A stretch of 64,000 nucleotides of DNA from an uncultured delta proteobacterium (lineage in GTDB: Bacteria > Myxococcota > Myxococcia > Myxococcales > Myxococcaceae), in assembly GCA_963771175.1 (NCBI GenBank), contig CAVYSY010000031.1, positions 128,001-192,000 on the forward strand. The letters run 5' to 3'. The position numbers and the translations under genes were made by a program. Of this stretch, positions 32,624 to 41,900 are shown in pieces (the stretch's first letter is position 1; each line of letters starts with the position of its first letter). The notes under the pieces were generated by a model. The model was given only the letters and a program-made list of their open reading frames with translations, did no database searches and was not told the origin of the DNA.

Positions 32624-34510
32624 CTAATCGAGACCAGGGAATCGGTTCCGCAACTCGTGCAGTGCGGCCTCCCTGGCTTCTTCGGCAGTCTTCAACAACC
32701 CAGGCGGGTCCGAGACGCGGTGGTACCAGGGCTCGAACTGCCTATCGATGATTTCTGCTGCACGTCTCACTTCATCCGCTGTCGGGTTTGGCCGGGCCTT
32801 TCGGAACCTCCCCCACAACATGTTGATTTTGCTGTGAACGTATCTTTGTAACATCGCCAGGTTCTTCTCGGCGTTGATGTCCTCGTCGGGAAACAAGTGT
32901 GCGTGTTCGAGCTGCCGCCGATGATGGATGGGAAGCCCACTGCCCTTCTCATCCATGATCTTCGCGAACTGCGGGTACAGCTTTTTATAGTATTCGCGAG
33001 CCGTGTTGCGAAGCGTGTCTTTCATCCCCTCACTCAGCGGCTGCTGAATGGCTTGCTCGATACGGACGAAGAGACCCCGCAGAGTCTCGCGCTCGGCACG
33101 GCTCAGGGCCTGCTCGCCTTCCAGCGCCACCTTCTGCCAGAGTTGCTCGAAGATTTTCTTCTCCTGGCCGGACAGGCGCTTGAGCGCGGAGCGCAACCAC
33201 CCGGCCGCCACCTCGGGCTCGCGCCCCAGCGCCCTCGGCACCCACTCCAGCCCCTTCGTCGCGAAGAAGCCCACGCCCTTCCCCGCGATGCCTACCGCCA
33301 TCCAGAGGGCCGCCTCCTCCACCCCCTTCTGCGCCAGCCACGCCGAGCCCTCCACCACACCCTCTCGCCAGCGCAGGAGGATGGCCTCGTGCATGGACCG
33401 GTACCAACTCGGCTCATATGCGAGCGCCGTCGGTGGACGCTCCACCCGGGCGGACTCCACCCGCCCCCGCGCCTGAGCCTCTCCCGGCCGATGCTCGGCC
33501 CCCAGCACCACCCGCACCGTGCGCGCACCCAGCCCCTCGGTGAAAGGCAGCAGCACTGAGACGAGGTGTCCCGCCACCTCGGGGGAGAGGGGCCTCGGGC
33601 CACCTCCCGGCCCCTCGCGCGTGCGCCGCACCTCGCGCAACTCCCACCCGGAGAGCCGGCCGTCCTCCAGTTGCACCGCCAGCTCCACCCGCACCGCGCC
33701 CCCGGCCGGCACCTGCACCGCACCCACCCACTTGCTGGCCGCTTCGTGCAAGGCGTTGAAGGTGTTGGCCGGTGTGCCCTGCTTGTGCACGGGCAAGGTC
33801 CGGGCCTCGGCGGGACGGCTCCCCTGGCGCGTGGCGTCGTAGTCCACCGCCCAGCGCGCCTCCTCGCGCCTCAGCCTCAGCACCACCTCGCCCGTCCGCC
33901 GGCCCGCGTAATCGGCGAAGACACGGCGCAGCAACCGCGCCAGCCCCTCCGTCTCCACCGGCCGCCCCTCGCGCCCGCCCCCGCGCGCTTCCTCGTGGCT
34001 CACCTGAGTCAGCGCGCCCCCTTCCACCCAGAAGGTGAAGGTCAGCACCGCCCCCACCTCCTCCACCCCACTGCACACACCCACCACCCGCGCCAGCGCC
34101 CTGTCCGCCTCGGCCTCTCGCGCCGCCTCCTCGTCCCGCCCCTCGTGCCGCGCCGCCAGCACCAGCGCCTCCGCCCTCGCCTCCTCCACCCGTCGCGCCC
34201 GCTCCCCCACCTCCTCGGGGCGCACTCCTCCCTCCGGCCCCTGCGCCAGCCTCGCGACCGGCCCTCCCTCCGGGGCGAGTCCCTCTCCGCCACTGCCTCC
34301 ACCGCCGGAATCAAGCGGTTGCTCGCGCGGCGCCACCTGGAAGCTCGCGGGCGTCAGTCTGAGGGGAGCCGCGCCCCCCGCCATGCCGCGCCCCCACGGC
34401 GTACCCGTGGCGCAACCCACCAGGAGCAGCAGCACCGCCGGGGACACGGCGCTCAACCCCAGTGGCCGCTGCACATCCGCCGGGCGCGGACCAACACGAC
34501 AGGTGGACAT
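32624..34510 (-). CDS. Lipoprotein polymorphic toxin (SitA-like) with C-terminal HNH-type nuclease domain
   Basis: Lipobox LVGC; C-terminal IHHRRQLEHAHLF...INAEKNL...VHSKIN; followed by immunity-like genes. Confidence 0.7.
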   Translation of the reverse strand: MSTCRVGPRPADVQRPLGLSAVSPAVLLLLVGCATGTPWGRGMAGGAAPLRLTPASFQVAPREQPLDSGGGGSGGEGLAPEGGPVARLAQGPEGGVRPEEVGERARRVEEARAEALVLAARHEGRDEEAAREAEADRALARVVGVCSGVEEVGAVLTFTFWVEGGALTQVSHEEARGGGREGRPVETEGLARLLRRVFADYAGRRTGEVVLRLRREEARWAVDYDATRQGSRPAEARTLPVHKQGTPANTFNALHEAASKWVGAVQVPAGGAVRVELAVQLEDGRLSGWELREVRRTREGPGGGPRPLSPEVAGHLVSVLLPFTEGLGARTVRVVLGAEHRPGEAQARGRVESARVERPPTALAYEPSWYRSMHEAILLRWREGVVEGSAWLAQKGVEEAALWMAVGIAGKGVGFFATKGLEWVPRALGREPEVAAGWLRSALKRLSGQEKKIFEQLWQKVALEGEQALSRAERETLRGLFVRIEQAIQQPLSEGMKDTLRNTAREYYKKLYPQFAKIMDEKGSGLPIHHRRQLEHAHLFPDEDINAEKNLAMLQRYVHSKINMLWGRFRKARPNPTADEVRRAAEIIDRQFEPWYHRVSDPPGLLKTAEEAREAALHELRNRFPGLD

Positions 34511-34641
34511 CCCACACCTCCGGGCAAACCACGGGGAGGGGGAACCGTGGTCTCGGGACTACAGGAAGGCCCGGGCTGCCGCGTCAACCCTCTACGTTGG
34601 GACCTTCTTGGAGGACGTAGCAGGAAGGAGGGAACCACCCT

Positions 34642-35560
34642 CTACGGGAAGGACACCCCGTCCACGGAAACACCCGGCGCCTCGCCGTCCTGCCACAGCG
34701 AGAGGGAGAAGCGGCCCCGGGCCTGCGTCTCCGTTGCCTCGGCCTCCACCACCACGCGCTGCCGGTCCAGGCCCGGAGCAATGGGCTCCAGCGGCCACAC
34801 CCGCCGCACCTTCAGCCGCACGCCGCCCTCGCCCACCAGCTCCGCCCCCGCCACCGTCCAGGGCCGCTCGGACACGTTCTGTCACCCACAGCTCCACCGC
34901 CACCACCCCCCGGGCGCGGTAGCTGGTGGCGTCCCACACCGTGAGGGGCTGTCCGGGGCGCTGGGTGACGTCCCTCTCGAACGTCAGCGTACGGGCGGCG
35001 ACCCCCTTCATGTCCAATTGACTATCGGCGAGCAGGCCGGTGAGCCCGTCCGGCCTCCTGCGCTCCCGCTCCAGCTCCCCCTGGCATTGCCGGGCCTGGA
35101 TGCGCTCCGCCTCGGCCTCCCGCCAGCAGGTGCTCGGCACCTCGGGCTGGAGCTCCACGTTCACCTGCGGCTGCACCCGAGCGGCGTCCACCACCAGGAC
35201 GAAGTCCGCACTCGCCGGCACCGTCCCCTCCACGAAGCGCACCTTCAACCGCGGCCGTTTGCCCGTCCCGAGCGTGCCGGAGGGCTGCAACACGAGCATG
35301 TCCTCCAACACCCGCACTCGCACGAAGTGCTCGTGCTCCTCCACCTCCACTCCGGCGAGCGTCAGGGGAGCGCCAAACAGCAGCGTGGTGAGCAGCCCCG
35401 GGCCGATGTACAGCTCAGGCACCTCTGGCGGCGCCTTCGCCCGCAGTGCGATGGAGCGGGGCGCGCCCGCCGCTTCCCCAGGTGGAGTGGAGGGCTGCGC
35501 GGCGGCGGCTCCCGCGAGGAGGACGAGCAGCGGGAGGGCGGCGGGCGTAGAGAAAGGCAT
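34642..35560 (-). CDS. DUF2381-family protein, frameshift near 34880
   Basis: Signal peptide, ELYIGPGLLTTLLF, PASADFVLV, PDGLTGLLA, WPLEPI, RVVVEA; downstream of Ser/Thr kinase as typical in myxobacteria. Confidence 0.8.
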
Positions 35561-35643
35561 GGAACCTCCGGAGTGGTGCACCCTAGCAGGGACCTCCGGC
35601 GTTGAGCCCGGCCTTTCCCACCAGGTCGCGCCCCCGCACTCCG

Positions 35644-37735
35644 CTACTCGAAGCGCTCCACCGCCTTGACGTGCGGGGCGGCGTTGACCCTGGCGGTGTC
35701 TGGTGTACCGCTGGGCTCGCGCACGAGGCCCCGCCCGTAGACCGAGCCCCAGTCCCACGCCTCCACGCAGACGGGGACCGTCTCCCCACCGGGCCGATGG
35801 GCCTCGGTGAAGCGGCCATACACGCGCTCCTTGCCGAAGAGCAGGCGCCCCGTCAGCACCGTGCCCGCCTCCAGCTTCCCCAACGGATCTCCGCAGGCGG
35901 AGTTGCGCGCCCGGCCCCTCCCGCACGGGCCAGAAGCCCGGCTCACGCACGCCAAGAAACGCAGTCCCGGTGTCGTCCCCGATTTCGATGCCCAACCGCC
36001 GCATGGCTTCCTGGGAGCCGGGCGGGCATGCCTCGGGGGCGGGGGTGTCACGCACCTGGGCGCCGGGACAACCGGCGGCGAGCGCGCCCGCGGTGGCGGT
36101 GCACAGGGCCTTGGCGACGGCGTTGCGCACCGTGCCCTTGCGCTGCTGCTTCTCCTGGGTGCCAGAGTCCTGCTGCTGGGTCTTCACGCGCGTGCTGTCC
36201 TTGGCGAGTGTCGCGAAGGCGACGGGCGCGGGAGTGGGAGCCCACGCGGGCGCCGCGCCCCCATCACCATCCAGCGGGCACCACGCGGGCGCCACTTCCT
36301 GGCCGGACAGCGCCCACGCCACCAGCGAGGCGGGCGTGGCCCACAGCACGGGCACGGCCTGGGGTGGCGAGTCCTCCCGAGACGGAGCGGGCGCGAAATA
36401 CAGGGCCAGGGTGGCGAGCAGGGCCAGCGCCCCCAACACCAGCATCCCGCCCCTCCACCCCCGGAAAGTCGTGCGCGGCGGGGCGACGGACGCCACCTCC
36501 GGTACGTCCGCGACCACCGGGGGCGGCTCGCAAGCGGGCGGCACGAGCGCCTCGGCTTCCTCCGAGAGCGGTGCGTCCACTCCCGGTAACGGCTCGGGGG
36601 TGGCGGCCAGCGTGGTGGCGGGCCTGCCGCGCCGGGGCCGGTCCTGCTCGCGGGCCAGCACCCGGCGGTTACGCGCCAGGGCCTGCTCCAGGTTCATCCA
36701 TCCCTCCTGGTGGGTGGTGGCGCCGTCCGGGCCCCACGCCTCGCACAGCGGCACCTCCCAGCTCGCGTCCGCCCCGGCCAGCGCCGACTCCAACGCCCCG
36801 CACACCGCCTCGGCGTCCGGGTAGCGCGCCTCGGGCTGCTTCTCCAGCATGCGCTGGCACACGTCCGAGAGTGCCCGGGGCACACGCGGGTTGCGCACGT
36901 GCGGCGGCACGAGCGCGTCGTGCAGCACGGCGTCCGCCATCTCCGCCTCGAGCACTCCGTCGAAGGGCAGGCTACCGGTGAGCAGCCAGTAGAAGAGGAC
37001 GCCCAGCGCCCACAAGTCGTCCCGGGCGCTCGCCACATAGCCCTCGTCAGGCTGACGCTCGCGCAGGAAGCGCCACGCCTCCGGGGCACGGCATTGCAGG
37101 GAGCCCGGCAACAACCCCCGCGACACCTTCGGCGCCCCGGCGAAGGTGCCCACCCCGTAGTCCACCAGCACCGCACCGCCGTCCGCCTCCCTCACCACCA
37201 CGTTGTCCGGCTTGACGTCCCGGTGGAATACCCCCACCGAGTGGGCCCCCCACAGTTGCGCCGCCAGCGTCAGCACCGCCCGCGCTGCCCACCGGGCCTC
37301 GGGGTTGTGGCGCTCCACCCACACGTCCATGGGCAGCCCCGGCACGTACCCCGTGACGATGTAGAGGAAGAGCGGGCCGAAGCCCGGGCAGTGCCCATGG
37401 TGGCCGTGACTGTCCACCACCACCAGGCCCACATGGTACAGCCGCAGCAACACCTCCAACTCCCGCAGGGCCCACCTCCCCACGTGCGGCAGGTACAGGA
37501 GCTTCACCGCGAACAAGGTGTCGCCGCGCCGGGCCCGGAACACGGTGCCAAAACCGCCCGCCCCCAGCCGCTCCTCCAGGGTGACGCCGCCCACCACCTC
37601 GCCCACGCGCGGCAGGAAGCCCTCTTGCGCCCCCTCCTTCATGAGCCGCCGCAGCACCTGCCAGTGCCGCCGCCGCGCGAGGGCTCGCCGCACCTCCTCC
37701 TGTCGCCCCTCCGTTGTCTGCTCCATGCGCGCCAC
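35644..37735 (-). CDS. Membrane Ser/Thr protein kinase, frameshift near 35890
   Basis: LGAGGFGTV, AVK, HRDVKPDN, DYG, APE, DDLWALG; TM; C-terminal RVYGRFTEA...PVC domain in second frame. Confidence 0.9.
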
Positions 37736-37837
37736 CCCTCAGGTGGGGAACGGTAGCATGACGCCTGTCGTTACCCCGTCCACGCGGAGCGCGGTATCGC
37801 CCTGGCCGTCGAGCCCAGGCGATGCAGCTCCCCCCCT

Positions 37838-37883
37838 ACTTCCGGACGTCCAGAAGTGAGGTCCACTCGTCGTCGACCACGAG
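37838..37883. repeat. Third copy of palindromic element; 46-bp direct repeat of 30461-30506
   Basis: ACTTCCGGACGTCCAGAAGTGAGGTCCACTCGTCGTCGACCACGAG, one mismatch to the left copy. Confidence 0.95.
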
Positions 37884-37914
37884 CGAGCAGCGGGCGAGGC
37901 ACCTGGGCGCGGTC

Positions 37915-38721
37915 TCACTCGTCGTAGGACTCGTCGTCGTAGGCCGTGGGGACCGCGTCGTAGTACCCGCGCGAGGAAGGAATCGACACCCGGCTCATGA
38001 GGAAGAAGCCGAGGGCGAAGACAACCAGCAGCGCCACCCCGTAGGTGATGGGGCGGCTGGGGCGCGCGCGCCAGGCCCACAGCCGCTCGCGCCGACGCTG
38101 GAAACCGGGGGCGGCCACGTACTCCTTCCAGGCCTCCTCGCGCACCAGCGCCGCTTCCCCGTCCTGGCCGCCCTGGTCCAGCACCCGCGCCAGCAGCACC
38201 CGTCCCTCCACCGTCCCGGGCCGGGCCACGCGCAGGCGCTCCAGCGCCTCCTTCGCGCCCTTCAGGTCCCCGCGCGCCAGTCGCCAGCGTCCACGCTCCA
38301 GGTCGATGGCCCCCATCTGGTAGGCCGGCTCCACCTTCGAGGCCTCCTCCAGCAGCAGCTCGCCCCGGGCCGCGTCCCCGGCCCCCAGGTACGCCACGCC
38401 GAGCAGGAACAGCGTCCCCACGTCGTCATCGCCCGCCTCCAGGTTGGGCTTGAGCACCTCCACCGCCGCCGCGTACTTGCGTCGCCCCACCCACAGGTCC
38501 GCCAGCTCGTAGCGTGCCCGCCGATCATGCGGGTTGCCCTGCAGCACCCGCTCCAGGTGCGCCGCCCGCTGCCAGCGCTTCAGCGCCCGGAACGGGCTCG
38601 GCAGGATGCCCACGGTGTAGCGGTCCGCCATCCATATGAAGCCCAGCACCAGCGCCGCCGACAGCACCGGGCTGCGCGTCAGCGCGGAGAGCAAGATGAA
38701 GAGGAACCAGGAAGAGCTCAT
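37915..38721 (-). CDS. Membrane-anchored TPR protein
   Basis: N- and C-terminal TMs; TPR-like helices (ARYELADL, TLFLLGVAYLGAG). Confidence 0.75.
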   Translation of the reverse strand: MSSSWFLFILLSALTRSPVLSAALVLGFIWMADRYTVGILPSPFRALKRWQRAAHLERVLQGNPHDRRARYELADLWVGRRKYAAAVEVLKPNLEAGDDDVGTLFLLGVAYLGAGDAARGELLLEEASKVEPAYQMGAIDLERGRWRLARGDLKGAKEALERLRVARPGTVEGRVLLARVLDQGGQDGEAALVREEAWKEYVAAPGFQRRRERLWAWRARPSRPITYGVALLVVFALGFFLMSRVSIPSSRGYYDAVPTAYDDESYDE

Positions 38722-38989
38722 GCGCGGCGCGTCATATCAGGCGCCGCGCGCACCATGGAAATCGCTCCTGAGGTGGCGTGGCCTTTCGCCACAGGGGCGT
38801 TCCGCCACGGTCCCTCGCCCGCTCCACGAGCAGTCTTGAATTCTTTGAGCACAAGACGATGGCGAGGGGCCGTCCCTGGATTCGCAATCCAATTGCGTCC
38901 GGTCATAAACTGAACACGTTTGGCGCGCAGGGGGCTCTGGCATTGCACTCGGAGCGCGCGGGCATTCCTCCACCCCACTCCGGGGCATC

Positions 38990-41900
38990 ATGCACACTCC
39001 TCATCCACGACTCCCGGCCGTGCTCCGTCGCTCCGCGACGCGGGCGTATGCGCCGGTCCTGCTGCTCTCGCTGGCGGTGTTGGTGACGTCCGGCGCCGCT
39101 CGGGCTCAGACCCCGTCCGCTGAGTGCAACCCCGCGGTCGCCCCCAGCGAAGACGCCGAGCCCTGCGTGCGCTACTGGCGCGACCAGCGCGGCAGCTTCG
39201 CGCTCGTCGGCAACACGCTCGCGCAGGACTGCCGCCAGACGACGCCCAGACCGCTGGTCGGCAACATGCCGCCCATCTGGACGTATGACCCGGCCGCCAC
39301 GGAGCGCGGCTGCTACGCGGGCAACAGCGCCCCGAACTTCTTCTGGACCCTGGATGACTGGACCGCCGAGGGCACCTCGGCCAGGACCAGGCCCACGCTG
39401 CTTCTCGATAACACCAATGACCCCGCCACCGCCTTCGATTCCCTGAAGGCGCGCAGCCAGAGCGTGCTCGTGCTGCCCGCGGGGGCCAGGGTGACGTATG
39501 CGCGCCTGTACTGGGCGGCCAGCCGGCTCAACCCCTTCGCGGGCGACAAGGCGGAGCCCGACCTCACCGTCATCCTCGCCCGACCGGGCGTGGCGGGCTT
39601 CAGCAGGAATCTCCAGGCCCTGCCCAACGACTGGTCCTTCGAGCACACCAGTTCCGAGACCTACCAATACCAGTCCTCGGTGGACGTCACGGACATCGTG
39701 AAGGCGTACGGTCCCGGCGCCTACCAGGTGAGCGACGTCCAGATCTTCCCGCTGGACATCTCCAAGAGCCAGTACACCTTCGCCTCCTGGTGGATGGTGG
39801 TCTTCTACGAGCTGGACGGCGCGGACAAGCGGCACCTGAAGCTGTTCGACAGCATGAAGGTCGTGCGCGGTGCCTCCTCCACCACGGTGGCCCTCAACGG
39901 CTTCTACGTGCCCACCTACGCGGTCGACGCCAAGCTGGGCGTCATCTCCTTCGAGGGAGAGGAGCCGGACCCGGACACCGATGACTCGCTCGAGTTCAAC
40001 GGCGTGACGGTGTCCGACGACATGAACCCGGCCAACAACTTCTTCAACAGCTCGCGGAGCTGGACGAAGCAGAAGACCGGCCCGGGGGCGTACACGACGC
40101 TCGTGGACACCGACACGCCGCTCGGCGGGCTCGATGCCGGAACCGACGGGGTGCTCGACTCGCTGCCCATCAGCAACAATGATGACCGTCCCCAGCTCTC
40201 CGGCACGGCCAGCAGCATGTCGGGGTTGGACCTGGACGTGGTGGACGTCACGGTGGCTCCCGGCCTCAAGTCCGCCCAGGTGACGGCCATCAGCCGCGTT
40301 TCTGGCGGCGACCACTTCTGGATGGGCGGCTTCGTCACCGCCATCACCACCCAGGCCCCGGACTTCACCAACACCATCAAGTCGGTGAAGAACCTCAGCC
40401 GCGCGGACGGCACCATCCGTCCGGGTGACACCATCGAGTACACCATCAGCACCACCAACGAGGGTGACGATCACTCGCGAGACACGGTGCTCACGGACCG
40501 GATTCCCGACGCGCTGGACTACGTCCCCGGGTCCACCCAGGTGCTCACGGTGGTGGCGAGCGACACCGCCACGCCGGGCTTCAAGACGGACGCCTCTGGA
40601 GATGATGTCGCCGACTACGACGTGGCCACCAAGGTCCTCACCATCCGCCTCGGACGGGGCGCCACGGCCACCAAGGGCGGCCGGGTGGGCATGGGCGAGA
40701 GCACCAGCATCTCCTTCCAAGCGAAGGTCAAGACGAGCGCCATCGGCGACGTGGAAAACCAGGGCTTCATCGAGGCCGGCGGCGAGCTGGGCATCGACCC
40801 GGTGAAGACGCCCACCCGCGCCCCGGATGGCACCGGCCCCACGAAGATCTCCGTCGTCATCGTCCCGCCGCCCGTCATCCTCTCGCCGGCGAACGGCTCC
40901 GTCATCACCAACACGTCGCCCACGTACACCGGCACGGCCCAGCCCGGGACGACGATCACCGTGCGGCGCCCGGACGGCACCGTCATCTGCACCGCCACCG
41001 TCGACGCCTCCGGCAACTGGTCCTGCACGGGGACCACGCCGCTGCCCATGGGCACCAACACCATCGAGGTGGTGGCCGAGGACAACGACGGCAACGTGAG
41101 CAAGCCGGCCACCTCCATCTTCACGGTGGACACCACCGACACCGACGGTGACGGCATCCCCGACGGCCTCGAGGACAAGGACCACGACGGCGTCGTGGAC
41201 CCGGGTGAGACCGACCCGACGAAGACGGACTCCGACGGTGACGGCATCCCGGATGGCACCGAGGACAAGGACCACGACGGCGTCGTCGACCCGGGCGAGA
41301 CCGACCCGACCAAGACGGACTCCGACGGCGACGGCCTCCCGGACGGCACCGAGGACAAGGACCACGACGGCGTCGTCGACCCGGGCGAGACCGACCCGAC
41401 GCAATCCGCGACACCGACGGCGACGGCATGTCCGACGGCACCGAGGACAAGGACCACGACGGCGTCGTCGACCCGGGCGAGACCGACCCGACTAAGACGG
41501 ACTCCCGACGGCGACGAGCACCCCCGCGACACCGAGGCAACGGCATCCCCGACGCCGTCGAGACGGCCACGGGCACCGACCCGACCAAGGCGGACACCGA
41601 CGGCGACGGCATCCCCGATGGCATCGAGGACAAGGACCACGACGGCGTCGTCGACCCGGGCGAGACCGACCCGACGCAAGACGGACTCCGACGGCGACGG
41701 CATCCCCGATGGCACCGAGGACAAGGACCACGACGGCGTCGTGGACACGGGCGAGACCGACCCGACCAAGACGGACACCGATGGCGATGGCCTCTCGGAT
41801 GGTGCCGAGGACAAGGACCACGACGGTGTCGTGGACACGGGCGAGACCGACCCGACGAATCCCGACACCGACAACGACGGCATCTCCGACGGCGTCGAGT

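Noticed and set aside
34592..37735. 1047-aa kinase-DUF2381 fusion
   Set aside because: Caused by a frameshift at ~35890; the kinase C-terminus ends at 35644 and DUF2381 has its own GGAGG RBS and signal peptide
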